Shown here in pieces: positions 50,192 to 64,000 of a stretch of 64,000 nucleotides of DNA. Every line of letters begins with the position of its first letter. The stretch's first letter is position 1. The position numbers and the translations under genes are program-made. The stretch lies in NCBI GenBank assembly GCA_905331295.1, contig CAJNYD010000002.1:62001-126000 (forward strand), in the 5' to 3' direction. The DNA is from Rotaria socialis. Its lineage: Eukaryota. A model generated the notes under the pieces. It saw only the letters and a program-made list of their open reading frames with translations. It was not told the DNA's origin and did no database searches.

Positions 50192-50749
50192 AATTATTCG
50201 AACTTATATAGTTATATTAACAGTTATCATTTTTATGAAAAATAAATAAATTAACTTTCAAAAGAAAAATAATTTTATATTCATCAACACACCCATTGTG
50301 AATATTGAAAGAATAGATTAGTACTATCAATAGAACATATTGCGCATGTCAATCGATATTTATCTTAAACAATTTCAAATTTGTTTGATTATAATTTTTC
50401 AAGAAGATTTTAATGCAAATTTTTGAAATAATTTTAAGATTATTTTAATATAAGGGAAAATTGATTTATGTGAAGGAAGACTTGTTGTTCGATGTAGAAA
50501 ATACACTTCGTTTGTGTCGAGAAGTGAACATAGCAAGTATTGATGATCATATTATATAGTTAATCAACATCTTTAGCTGAAATTTATTTTAATACAAACA
50601 ACAAATAATGATAATGTAATAATGAAAATTTACTTTTCTATCTTCTTCGTACAAAAAAAAGTCAAATTTCTTTGAATTTAAAGATGAAATAATAAATCTA
50701 AGTTAAATTTTCGAATTCCTTTTGCGTATAATAATAGGATTATCTTGAT

Positions 50750-51790
50750 TGAATAATGAATTGAACAGATGCTGGACCAGCTGAGATAATTGAAAATGTT
50801 GTTACAACCAAAATATATGTTCTTGTATTATTAAAAAATATTTGAAATCTAAATTGTTGATGATCAGCACCATCATCATTTTGTTCTATTAAATTTTGAA
50901 ATGGACAAGAAGAATTAAAATTATTCTTATAAATATAACCGATTGTATCTATTAGACTATTTGATTTTAAAAGATAAATCCATCTATTGATATTTTATAG
51001 GAATAGATTGATAATAATATTCATATTTTGAATTATTCATCGTACGACAGTATTTTGGACTGAATTGATTTAATGATGATGAGCATACTGATTCGGTGTC
51101 TATTAGAGTATCTAATTAAATAAATAAATATATGATATTTAAATAGATTTGTTTTCTATATTAATAATCATATTAATTAACAATGAATAAAACTATTCTA
51201 CAAATAATATTTACATTTATTAAAAATTAAATTGTATTTTTAAGATAAAATTGATTTTATCGAAATGAAAATTTCTGAAATAAATAGCCGAACAAAATTT
51301 TTGAATGATCAAGTTGAAAATTAATGAATTTTTCTGTTTTAAATTTTTCAAAAATTATTCTTTAATTAAAATATTTTACTTGATATATTTATTTGAGAAA
51401 AATGAATTAATGCTTCATCAAGTCCAATTATTATGAATGGTCAAGTTACATTTGGATAAGAAGCTGTCACAATCAATAGATATTTTGTCTCACTATTGTG
51501 AGTCATTCTCAATACAAACTGCTGATCGTCACCACTGCCATAATTAGATAAGAAGCATATTAGAAGATGGACAAGTAGGATCGAAACTATTACTGTATAT
51601 ATAACCACATGTATGCATACTGCTGTTAGCTGCAAATACGTAATAATCAGTCGTTATTATGTTTATCTTTATACTTTCATAGAAAAACTTTCATCCAGTA
51701 CAAACACCATAATGACAGAACGTTTGATTGAATTTAGTCAAAGCTAACGAGTATGTTGACATCAAAATTAACCGTTGTTGCACTGCAAGA
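50750..51790 (-). pseudogene. Degraded gene with two copies of an extracellular beta-rich repeat domain
   Basis: Related segments DTIGYIYKNNFN...NDDG...QQF...TYILVVTT (50750-51110) and TCGYIYSNSFD...GDDQQF...KYLLIVTA (51440-51790), with stops and frameshifts. Confidence 0.5.
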
Positions 51791-51860
51791 AGAAAAACTA
51801 AAATCATCAACGTTAGAATCAAAATGGAAATTTTTTAATATTTTTTCATCTAAACGAGGG

Positions 51861-54800
51861 GCTACCGGGACTTATTTTTTAGGGATTTATTAGATCTTTT
51901 AAAAATTCCGGGATCTTTCTCTATGTGGTATAACGTGGAATAATGTTCTTATAAATCACATAAATCTGTATATATCACAGTGTAAACTATCCTCGGATCG
52001 ATTTTATCAAACGGATTTATTCTAACAATATTTTTTTATAACAAAGACTATTCTAGCACCTATCAGAGTAAATAATTTCCTAGTGGTTCATTTTAATGCC
52101 AGCGGATCTATTAAGAATATATATATAACGGGTGGCCCAGAATAAATTAGACTCTTAGTGTTTCTATAATTTCCCCTCTATCATCCCCATGATGGAGATA
52201 CTTTTTTTTATCAAAAGATAGCGCTTGAAATTCTCTACAAAATTATATATAACTAGGCCCAAAAAATTGTTTAGATATATTTGAAAAAAGATGAAAAGTA
52301 ACGACACATAAAAAGCTGTGAAAGGTGGCGGGTTGGATATAATGAATAATCGCGCTTGCATCTCATTTTTCTATCCATTACTTCATCCTATTAGAAAAGC
52401 AAAATATATCAAGATATGCAGCGCGAGAAGCTCTACAATTTACCAAGAAAAAATTTTAAAAAGAGGGAATAAGAAAAGACACGAATTCATCTTCTACCAA
52501 AAATTACATTATTTTCGCAGGATCGAAATTTGACCGCCCAAAATTGTGTCCATTTTCAACACAAAAAGTGCGACTATAAAATAAACAGTCATGTAGGTTG
52601 TAGAGCTTTTCACGCTGCATCTATTGGTATATCTTGTTTTTCTAATAGGATGAAGTAAGTGATAGAAAAATGAGACGCAATTGTGGTCATTCATAATGCC
52701 CAACCCGTTATTTTTTACGGCTTTTTATATGTCGTTACTTTTCATCTTTTTTTCAAATATATGTAAAAGAATTTTTTAGGCCTAGTCGTATATAATTTTG
52801 TAGAGAATTTCAAGCGCTATCTGTTGATAAAAAAACGTGCCTCCATCATATGGATAATAGAGGAGAAATTATAAACATACTAAGAGTCTAATTTATTCTG
52901 GGCCATCCGTTATATCTATGGACATTCACCTACACTTATCTCCCTAAGATAAATCGATTCCCCGGCGGATCTATTTTTCTCTCAACGGATATATTCTATA
53001 CATAAAAGGATCGATTGATATCCATTATATATATATATATATATATATAAGAATTCCATAGAAATATCCCTACTAAAAATCATGTCACACGCTACTGAAT
53101 AGCTATTCTGCCGGATCTATTCCGATCAGAGCATTCGTTGTTTGCGTTTTATAAAAATTTCTTAAATTCGATTACTTGCTTAGTAAACTGATACTTTTCC
53201 CAAGGATACACATAGAACATAATCATGTTTCACTTAATAAGTTATTTACAGCTCCTTGACATTTTACAATTCCTCGACCGATGAAGTCTTCTTTCAGCGT
53301 ATGTATTCTAAGAACACGAGCTTCAAAATATAATAATATTCATTAACCTAAATTTTTACAATCATCAATAACACAATTGCGTTAACTCGTTATAGCGCTG
53401 TCTTGTGTTGATTATAAAATGTTCCAACCTATTTGATTTAATCTTTTTTTCTCTTACAAAATAATTATTGTTTGCAAAATGTTAATATAAAATTTATGAA
53501 AATAACTGTAACATGAATCATAAGAGTTTTTAAAATATTCTATGTAGGGGCGTTCTGAAGAAATTTATTTATTGACAAAAAGTTCATTCTAAAGTTATTA
53601 CTTTAATAAAGCGATATTTTACTCTGAAAACTGATTGACAGACTTACTGAAAGTATTGTTACGGTTCCATAGCATCTAATCGATTTATTAACAGAAAGCC
53701 TAGCATTTATTTCATTAATGATACTGACACGGTATTGCTGATGTATGTAACGCATCAAAGTAAAATTTGTTTTTAGCCTCCTGTCTTTTATTTTTACTTT
53801 ACTTTATCTAATCGTTAGATCACCTACGTCTCATGTTACTTGCAGTCTAATATCTGATTTAATGATTGGTACTTCATTCATTGTATGGCCCATGATGATA
53901 TATACTTTAGTGCAAAATTCAAGTATTGATTTTCAAATAGATACATGATTCAAGTCCGACTGTAACTGAAAAGTTCTGGCATCCATCATTTATAATCTTT
54001 ATAACTTTTACACGTTAATCTAAATTGTTACTGGTAATGCAAAAGTATTGGCTTTTTCTCGACATTATAATGCTATTAGATGATGCGACTGTTTCCGATT
54101 ACTGTGTAGGTAGAAATGAGCGTGGGTCGCCACTCTTCGGGGAGCGCAAAGCGTCCCCAAACCGCTAGACTACTATAAAGGTTGTATGGCGTGGTTGGGA
54201 AGTTTTTCTCCCGGTGGTTATTGATGTTAACAGTTTTTAGTTATGGTATGCACATAAGAAGACAATTCGATATCAACAAGGGAAAAGCATACCTCTGTGT
54301 CTCCAAGTATTCTTATTGTATTTCTAATGAATTTCCCATGAATTGCTGTATTTCCAAATAATTCTACGTAGAAATATATGGAAATAAGCTTTTACCCATT
54401 TGAATATCAATCACTACTTGAGATATATCACATCCAGTTTCGATTCCAGATTTGGATTCAACTAGATTTGAGTAGCATTTAACTTGGATTTTTATATGAA
54501 ATCCAACTACATTCAGATAGTATCTAGCAAAATTCAGTTGGTTTCCGTCAAATTCTTCAATAGTATAGTCAATCTCTGTGAATCCTTGTTAAATTTAATC
54601 GAATATCTGTCGAATCTCACTCAATCCCAGTCAAATCCTGGTAAAATCCCTGTCAAGCCCAACCAATTACTGTCAATCACTGTAGAGTCGAGTCGAATCC
54701 AAGTCAACCGCTGTCGAATCTCATTGAATTTCTGTAAAATTCTGTCATATTCTACTCAAATCAAAGTGTTCTATGTGCTTGAGATTGCATTTCATGCATC

Positions 54801-56303
54801 ACTAATCACTGCAGTGATATGATTGACTGTGCCAAAAATATAACGCCTTAAGATGAAATGTCTACCTATCTGTCGTAGTTATACCACTGTCCTAAATCAA
54901 TTCTAATGTATAGATCTCAATTTTCTTTTTTCTCTGCTATAAATAAGTACTTCCTTACTATTTGGTTTATTTTTTACTTGATCTTGCGTAGGAGCAGTGG
55001 CTTACTTCACTTTTGGAAAAACGCTAACATTTTTCTATTAGAGTTTAGAAAACATTATCATACTAATTCAGTGATGCTGAAAAAAGTCATTTAATACTCT
55101 GTTATTATCATATAAATTCAAATAGACTTTTAGCATTATTTAATGTGCCCATCTGTATGTTAGTATTAATCGATGTTATTTTAATTCTAATATTGATTCA
55201 AAGCTAATTCAAGCTAATAACTCATTTTCGTAGCATTAACTAAAAAAACATAGATCATTTCCGTCACTCCAATGTAAACGATTAAAAATAATATCCATTA
55301 ATGCAACACTAACGTTAAGTCACATTCTTTAAGTTTTTGCTCTCTGAGTCTCGTTGAGATTCAAACATACACGTAAATCAGATAGCTTAATCTATTTTCA
55401 TTGTAATGACTTGATCAATTGCCTCAACATGATTAAAAACAATCATTATGTTTCATGGCGTCCAGATATAATTGCAGTTTGATTTTGGGTAACTACACGA
55501 TATATTACAACTACTTCCTAATTCAATGAAGTTATCCAGTAATAATAAGATTTCTCCGTAAATCTATTTCTGTATTTTAATCAATAACATCTAGGACATT
55601 CAACTATTGCAAAAAATATCAACCTAGTGAAGATAATTGTGACGCACTGTGTTCAGATTGTTCATGCATCACGTTTTATCTTCGGTGACTTTTCCTTTTC
55701 AACATATCTCTTGTCATTCATGCGTTCATAACAAATATTAGCTTGTCACTTATTCTGTCGACACGAATACATATATCATCTTCCATAATTATCTTTCCTG
55801 TTATCCTCATCTTTCTATTGTTATGTCTATATTTTCTCTTGTTGTATCTTTTCCTTCTCTCTCTCTTGGTTGCGTATATAAGCACCTGCTGTAAATGTAA
55901 ACGATACGATTTGTGATATAAAGAAGCTGAACCAAGCGTACTTGCATCAACGTAAGCACCTTTTGTCTCTAAAATCGTCACACTAATTTTAAAATTCTCA
56001 TGTATGTATCTATGTTTTTAACAATATGATTTTATTTTATTTTTCATTATATATCTGAAAGCTTTAACTAATAAATAATCAGAAATGGATATCAGACTTA
56101 ACTTTTAAAATCCCATTAAATTCCAAATTGAAATAAATACTGGGATTTATTAAAAAAATCCCCAGGAATTTGAATTAGTTTGAATAAAATCGAATGAAAT
56201 CATAAAAAAATCACAATAAATCCCCAATAAACCCCGAGACGAATATAAATACCGGGATTTATTAAAAGATCCAGAAAAACCCAAATAAATAATTCCCGGT
56301 AGC
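51861..56303. mobile_element. Possible old composite TIR element, or two opposed fragments of one family
   Basis: About 50-bp imperfect inverted repeat GCTACCGGGA...GATCTTTTAA at 51861 and its complement ending at 56303. No TSD found. Confidence 0.35.
52128..52910. mobile_element. Foldback-like Tc1/mariner MITE
   Basis: TA-ACGGGTGGCCCAGAATAAATTAGACTCTTAG termini with about 300-bp inverted arms. Confidence 0.88.
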
Positions 56304-59300
56304 TGCTGACGAAAAAAGAACAAAAAGTTCTGGGTGATGTGATTGTTCTTAATTTTTCGGCGAATCTTCTGCAGTATCGAATGGAACTTTCTATAGATAC
56401 TTTGTAGCCGACAGTTTGAGATTTGCAGTGAACAAAAACATTTCCGAACAGTGATCTTATTTTAACAAGAGACTTCCTTCATTAACGTAACGCGATGACG
56501 ATTTCGTTACACGATGAGCTTTGTAATGTAATTTTTTTCCCATCATCCTCTACTGTAATACAATCCGGTTTACCGGTTGTTAGGTAACTAACATCACGAT
56601 TATAAAATTTAATGATTAATTTGTCACGATATTTTTTCGATGCCACTTTTTATCGAAGACGTAATTTTTCCAATGAATCACCTATTAAATTTCTACACCG
56701 TTGACTATCACAGATACGAGTTTTTTTTGCTTCATTTGTTCAAATTCCAACTTATTTTTTAATAAATTAATACTATAGAGTTTCAGTCGTTCAGCATTAG
56801 ATTCAACCATTTCACTCCATTGCTTCAGCTTCAATCGCAAATCTAGCTACTGTTGAACTTAGATCAATTTAAAAATGAATATATTGTTTTGAAGAGAAAT
56901 GATTCAATATTAATTATTCAAACAATATAGAGATTGAAATTATCGTTGTAACTGAACGAGAATAAGCATTACAGAAACGTTGAACGATTTTGATTGGTCG
57001 TTCTATTTGAAATGAACAATATCCACTCAGACCATTGGACAATGTTGTGTGCATAACTTAATATGCTTTCATTAGAAATCGATTGCTTACAACTTATACT
57101 GATGTTAGAATAAAAATTCTTTCGCTCAAGATGCTCTTTTATGAAAATGGAAAAGTCAGAAAAAAGTAAAACTCATCATCGCGTTACATAAAATTTTTAT
57201 AACACACTATCTTTTTCGAACAAAATCCTATGCCTTAGATAGCCGCAAAAAATTTGACTTTACGTATTTACTTTTAGTATGAAATTAGCTGCGATTCAGC
57301 AATGAGAAAAAACAAACAATAGACACTTTTTTGTTACGCGATGATGTTATAAATAAAGTAAACTTTCATAGGCTCTCTACGAAAATCTACAATACATAGG
57401 ATATTATCTGCTGTGCCAAATGATGCACGTTTCGATATATTCTCTATTCATATTAATCCACTAAATATCCATTTATTTCTGCCAAGATAAACGTTTGATG
57501 AATCAGTAGCATACATAAATTTACTAATTTTTCTGCGTGCACAGTAGCTTCTCTTTCACTAACTGCAAAATGTTTCTTAAATGTATAAAAGAGAAACAAA
57601 ACATGTTTCTATGTATTTTCGACTCTGCTCTACACGATGGTAATATTAGATTTTTCAAATACAGAGTTCGAGACACCCGTCCCAGAAGTTACACGTTACG
57701 CGGACAAGCCGATATATAGAGGAATTATGTGTCAGGGAATGAGTATACAAATGTTGATGAGTCAAGGAATAAACATATGACTATAACAGGGGCGCCACTC
57801 ACGGGTAGCCGTTTCCACAGAAAATGCAATATGGAAATAGACCCTTATTAAATCAGTAACCAATAATTACACCCATAACATAAACAACTTATTTTCTCTC
57901 AGATCCATAATATTTATCAGTTCAGCCTGCTGATCATTCGTGTATTATTGTCCAAATTATGGATGCTTTCTAAGCAACTTTCGCTTCTGATCACTTTGTT
58001 TCTATTCACAGCAGCTCTTCTTTTCATACTGTCTGATAGATGTCAGGCAATAATCCTTCTTTACCAAAACATCGCCTAGAAAGTTTCGCAAAGCTGATAC
58101 AGTATTCAATTTCCTCCACCCTGGAACCTTTGGTAAAAATTTATGAAAAACTGCTGCTGAATCCAAGTTCCCCAACCTCGATTATCTATAGTTAGAAAAA
58201 CTGCAGTAGCTATTTTGAGGGTTTCGAGAAGTTCTGGTATTTGCGTTTCTATTGGACGAACGAACATACAAACGTACGAATTTTGCTCGCTTAGCGTATG
58301 ACCCTCCTTTCAGTAGAGGGAATATCGATTTAGAAACGTAATAAAGATTTTTTTCTTTTCCATTGGCCATCTGGCAAATAATAATTAATCCCAGGAAACG
58401 TCAAACAGATGTTGATTTCTTTTCATAAGTTTTATGTTTAATCAGAGTAGATTTTTTTCTTTTATCAAACATTATGAATATTAAATGAAAAATACGATAG
58501 ATAATAGAATTGATTTTTTTTGAAATTTAGAAATTTCATAATATTTTATCTGTTTTCATTGTAATAAAAGTTGTTCGACTCATTTCTGCCAGATTTCCTA
58601 GATTTTAGTTGTTTGGTAATCAATAAGTATTTATCTTGATGTTTAGATCTATATTAAATAGTTTCCTATAGATCGTTGTCTAAAAATTTTTAATAAATGA
58701 AAACTATTGAATTTTTGCGAACAATCTTACCCTAAATAAAATATTCAATCAAGATGATAATTGAAAGGAAAAGTTGAACAAGTTTTTATTGCTCTTTGAT
58801 TGATTTCAATTTGTTTAATTAATATAAATATAATTTTTGATGATATGACAAAAAATCGCATCGTAGATTAAAATTTTGAATTCATATCTACTACTCTGTG
58901 CTACAATTTATTTCATTGTTGCTATGTAATAGGATCTTACATTCATTGAAACTTATTTAATTAAAAGTACTTATTTACTTTACAACTTTGCCTATAAGAA
59001 TAAAATAATTATGTGTGAAATTTTGGATTTGCCATTCATACTAAACAAATTTTAATATCGAATTAATTTACTATGTATATCAGTATTTATTTCACAAAGA
59101 AATGATCTCTAAAGAGACGTTATAAATTGGTGTTTTCTTTATTATATTCAAATTTCATAATATTTTATTGATACAAGCAAATTTTGAATTTTTTCTTCAA
59201 TAATTGTTTTTTAAACATATGAGTGATGTTTACAAATGTTTCCATCGGTACCGAACATCATCCATTTATTATTGTTCTTTTGAGTTTCTCTTTTTTGTTT

Positions 59301-59556
59301 CTTTTCACCATTTAACATATAAAAAAGAAGAGTTGAACAATGAAAAAGAAAAAAATAATTCAGTTACATTCTATTAATTTCATTTCAAAATATTTTGATA
59401 GATCTTGTTAGTTTACATTCTCATTTAGTAGAAGAATGTAGAAATTGAAATTGAAATTTTACTATGTAGTTTTATTTTTATAGAATTTTTGTGCATAAAA
59501 ACATTTCTTTGTTTCTCATTTTAGATAATTAAAAAGAACAAAAACTAGAAAAATAA

Positions 59557-61139
59557 ATGGATGATTTAGAAATCGTTTATACACTTCGTAAACGAATTAA
59601 TAATCTTGAAAATAAATTAAAAAGTTTAACCTGTGAAAATGTTCATAATAATGTTGAAACAAATAAAAAAACTGTTTCTCGAATTAGTAAAATTGAAGCA
59701 AGAATTATTAAATTAAAAGGTATACAAAATTTTACAATTTATCAAGTTTATTCCAGCTTAAATAGTAGACCAAAAACATTATCAAATATATTTGATATGA
59801 AAATGAAAATAATTGAAATTGATATTGAAGATAATATAACGAAATTAAAAATGGGACCTTGTTCATTTAAATTAGATGATAAAAAGCTGGCACTAAAAGA
59901 TATTATCTATCCAAATGATTCTACTGATAGAAATCTTATTAATATTTTAGCAAGATATAGAAAATTTATTCATAAATCAGAAGATTTTTCTCATGAAAAA
60001 TTTCAAATCAGCCAAGATTCAATAGAAACTCTTATTATTTTACTTAATGATTTTATTGGTCAGTATGAAGGTGAATTAACTTTTACAAATGAACATATAA
60101 ATTATTCAAATTCTCTTCAATATATGATTTGTGGTATTGCTAATTTAAGTAATATTCATTTAATAATTTCAAATTTTATTCAAACAGCAATATTTTCTGT
60201 TAAATTAAATATTAATTATGATCGGGATTTGATAAGATCAACTTTAACAATGAAAATTTTTATTTATGATTTTATTAAGTCAATATCCGATGTACTTCAT
60301 TGTAACAGTGATTTTATTCGAATATTTTCCATTGAAAAACTTGATAGTAAACGTTCTATTATACAAGTTAATTTTGGTTTAACAACACCTGAAAAAAATC
60401 AAACAGAAATTCTTGCTCGACATTTTCAAGTAAACTTTAATTAAATTTAACTCGTTTTTTTTAACTTATATTTTAGACTCTTGTTCGTCGATCAGATTTT
60501 CGAAATGATAAAATTCTTCGTTTTATTCAATCTGATCGTTATCGTTATGAATTAAAATGTCAATTGTCGTATTTTCAATTGAGTTCAAAAGATTTTGATG
60601 TAAATTCTAATAATGATCCTAGAAAAATCGATTTATTAAAAGAAAATCAATTTGAAAACTGTTCATCTGACATTCGAGATGACTGGTTTCGTCATGAAAT
60701 TAATCTTAATAATAAATATTTTGATAATCAAATATGCTTTTCAAATGATAATAATAACAATGATCTATGGCCATTTGCTTATCATGGAACCTATTCAATA
60801 TTATTGAAGAATATTTATGAACAAATGAATTTATTTAATAAAATTAAAAAAGATTCAATAGAAAATCAAATACAAATAGATAGTTCTTCTTCTTCTTCGT
60901 TTATTTATCTAACAACAAATTATAATGATGCTGCTGATGATAAATATACAAAAGCAATTAGAATATCAAATGGTGATAATAATCAAATGTTTAAACTTAT
61001 TTTTCAATTTCGTGTTAGACCGAATTCATTTACTATCCATACAGATTCAATGACTCATGGACCATTATGGAGAATTAATGATCCATTAGCAATTCGTTCT
61101 TGTGGATTATTAATTAAAAAAGAAGCTTATTTACAATAA
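59557..61139 (+). CDS. Two-exon protein (about 511 aa) with N-terminal coiled coil and C-terminal NEURL4-like ART domain
   Basis: Intron 60430-60476 joins the two ORFs in frame. Motifs WPFAYHGT, IYLTT, FQFRVRP and AIRSCGLLIK. Confidence 0.75.
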
Positions 61140-61250
61140 TTTCTTATTTAAAAAGAAGAACTTTTAAATTCTATTGATTAACTATACAGCATATAGAATA
61201 AGAATTATTTTTCATTAATTAAATAAAAACAAAAAAAATATATATATATA

Positions 61251-62561
61251 ACGGGTGGGCCATAAAGAATGATGGGTTTCGCATTTCTCGAATATCTCTA
61301 CGAGTTTTCATTCGTTCGAGCTGATTTTTTTGGAACGAATCGCCGTTCGATTCTCTACGAAGATGGGTATTTTCTATTGCGTTCGATCGAATTCGTTTCA
61401 TTTGAGAAAATGAAAAGTAAAGATTTACAAACGCTCGTATTTTCTAAGTACCAAAATGGCGATGGAACGCAAAAGATTTTTGAAGATCTCAGTGGTTCCG
61501 TTAGTCTTCCGACCATTGAACGATGGTGCAGAAGCATTCGACAGACTGGCTGTATCACTCTGTCCAAATCAACCGGTCGTCCAAAAACAATCCGAACGAA
61601 GGCAGCCTTTCAAAAGGTCAAGCATCGGCTGAATAAGCGAAAGTCTGTCACATCTCGGAAATTGGCCCGTGAATTGAGTATTTCTCGAACGAGTGTACGG
61701 AGAATACTCAAGGATGATCTCGGACTCCATGCCTACAAAGTGCAAAATGAATCAATGCTCACTGATGAGCATAAAGAAAAAAGAATCCAATTTGCTAATT
61801 GGATACGAAACAACTTCCGAAAAGAAGACAAGATGAGAATTCTGTTTTCTGACGAGAAGATGTTCGATATTGATGGAGTTTATAACTCTCAAAATGATCG
61901 TATCTGGGCGGTTGATCGTTCAGAAGCCGATATCAAAGGTGGTACTCGGCAAAAACGTAAATTTCCGCAAAAGATTATGGTTTGGCTCGGAGTTTGTTCT
62001 AAAGGTGTATCACCTTTAATGATTTTCGAGAATGGGACAGTCGATCATGATCGATACATCAAAGAAGTGCTTCCGATCGCTCTCAAGTTCGGCAATGGCA
62101 TGTTCGGGAACGATTGGATCTTCCAACAAGATGGTGCAAGGCCACACACCCATGCAAAATCGCAAGAATGGTGTGCTAAGCACTTTCCGTCGTTCATTGA
62201 CAAGGACCATTGACCTCCAAATAGTCCAGACTTGAACCCATTGGATTACTGCATCTGGAACGAATTCGCTTAACTAGTCAAGTGGGATACGAGGACATCT
62301 AAAACAACATTGATCACTGCCCTAAAACGTGCTGTTCGTGAAATTTCTCAAGATGTAGTTGAGAAAAGTTGTGCTTCTTGGATAAATCAATTGCATCGAT
62401 TGTCTCAAGACAAAGGAAATTATATCAGATATTAAAAATATCCGTATTTGTAGAGAATCGAACGGCGATTCTTTCAAAAAAAAAAAGATCAGCTCGAACG
62501 AATGAAAACTCGCGGATATAATCGAGAAATACGAAACAATCATTCTTTATGACCCACCCGT
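61251..62561 (+). mobile_element. Tc1/mariner superfamily element, DD37D (maT) type
   Basis: TIR ACGGGTGGG(C/T)CATAAAGAATGAT, inserted in (TA)n, 1311 bp long. Confidence 0.93.
61410..62435 (+). pseudogene. DD37D transposase with one premature stop
   Basis: FSDEK...QQDGA-(37 aa)-SPDLNPLD. TGA at 62211-62213 replaces the W of WPPNSPD. Confidence 0.9.
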
Positions 62562-62631
62562 TATATATATATATATATATATGTATATTGAAAAACTAAA
62601 TAAATGAACTTTTTCTTATAGAAAATAAAAG

Positions 62632-64000
62632 TTATCTTGAAGAAATAATATTTTGAAATTGTTTCATAACTGTTGATGAATTTGCTTTCGATGGTAATTC
62701 AACAAAAACTTCTCGTTTTGATGAAAGTTTATTTTGATTAATATTCAATCCATTAACTTGTTCACGAATTTTTGATCCATTAATAGGTAAACGATAAAGA
62801 GTTCCAACGAGAGAAAATATTTCATCTGATTTGAGAACATCTTTTGAGCTTGAGCGATCTTTTTCACTGTTAATTGTTCGTTTAAATAACTCCATTTCTT
62901 GTTCATAACTTTTCATCATTTCTTCAAGACCTTGAATAACATCATTGTTTTGGCTACCAGAGTTTTTCTTCATTTGTTCTTCTCTTATAAAATGTCTCAA
63001 ATATTCTAATATATCATCATTTAATGGAAGAATTGCATTTGCATGAAGAAATTTTGCAAGTTTTTTATAAACATCTTCTATTTTTTTCTTTTCATCTCGT
63101 AAATCACTTATTCTTTTATCGATATCAGCTAACGAAGATGATCCATTCAGACAATGGATACTTGTTTCATATTCATATGTTATATGTTGGTGTTCGCTCC
63201 ATAAACAATCACATTTTAAACATTTACCTAAATGAAATTTAAATATAAAGGAATAGAAAAAAATTCAATTAATAATATCAGTGTAACTTGTTTTTTTCTT
63301 CATATAATCTTTATAATAACAAAGTAATTTGATAAATAAAATATAGTAAATATCTAACCTGTTTTATAATTCATTGCTTCACATTCTTGCATTCTTCGAT
63401 CATTAATAGTCTCTTGTACAACACCTTTCAAATAACATTCTTCATGACATTTTGATATGTATTCAATTTTTGTTTGATTATTAACAGTTATAGATTTACA
63501 ACATTTTTCATTAATACAAACAGTTCTTGGATGAGCTAATGGAATAATTTTAGCTTCATTTTGTGGTAAACCTTGATTAGCTAATTGCGGATTTTTAAGG
63601 ACATTTTCTTTATGTTGTTTAGCAAGTTGAATATTTTCTTGAATAAGTTTTGCTATTTCAGCAATCGGACGTGTTAACTTTCTAACTAATTGTTCAGCTT
63701 CATTAAGTGAAAGTGTATTACTAACAGCATGAAGAGGACGTGTCACAATATGATTAATAAGATTTGAATATTCTTTAACAGTATGATCCCAACTTTTTTG
63801 ATAGCTTAATGTTTGATCATTATTTAATCGAACACCATTTTTTCTCAATGCTAAATATCTAAATGGTTCATTATCTAATAGAAAAGTATTTTCTCTTGAA
63901 AAAGATACATCAACATCATGCTCTTTTTTATGTTGATCTAAAAGTGCTCGAAGAATTTTTGATGTTGCACCAGGTTTAAAAAAAGTCGCTCGAGCATTTG
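62632..64000 (-). CDS. 3' part of a large protein, probably of an AIG1/septin-like P-loop GTPase family (partial)
   Basis: Open frame from the window edge (NARATFFKPG...DNEPFRYLA...SW), a Cys/His-rich segment and a coiled-coil tail, with an intron at about 63229-63357. The family assignment is from memory of similar proteins; the G motifs are not in the window. Confidence 0.55.

Noticed and set aside
61269..61409. N-terminal extension of the maT ORF
   Set aside because: It begins inside the TIR; the likely start is the ATG at 61410.

Overview
This is very AT-rich eukaryotic DNA with short GT-AG introns and two scaffold gaps (18774-18873, 31984-32083). It is most likely from a bdelloid rotifer, inferred from TGTGGG repeats, intron-containing endonuclease-less Athena retroelements and a GDSL-carrying LTR element. 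The window is dominated by mobile DNA. At the left is a head-to-tail chain of two Athena (Penelope-like/Terminon) units on +, and a third Athena lies on - at about 30.2-32 kb. Each unit ends in a minimal type I hammerhead ribozyme followed by reverse-telomeric (ACACCC)n. The window also holds a full Ty3/gypsy LTR retrotransposon (-1 frameshift, extra SGNH/GDSL ORF3), a two-gene EnSpm/CMC element, a Ginger2-like integrase transposon, a full hAT, a DD37D maT element and many MITEs. Host-type genes are two PARP-like ADP-ribosyltransferase-domain genes, a class A GPCR, a 7-exon bacterial-type type II thioesterase missed by the ORF track, and the 3' part of a probable P-loop GTPase-family gene. The most notable signals are the ribozyme/telomere-repeat modules, including a non-canonical covarying hammerhead subfamily, and the fact that 3616-30209 is flanked on both sides by telomere repeat-Athena junctions of opposite polarity. 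All calls come from reading the sequence by eye; no database searches were run.
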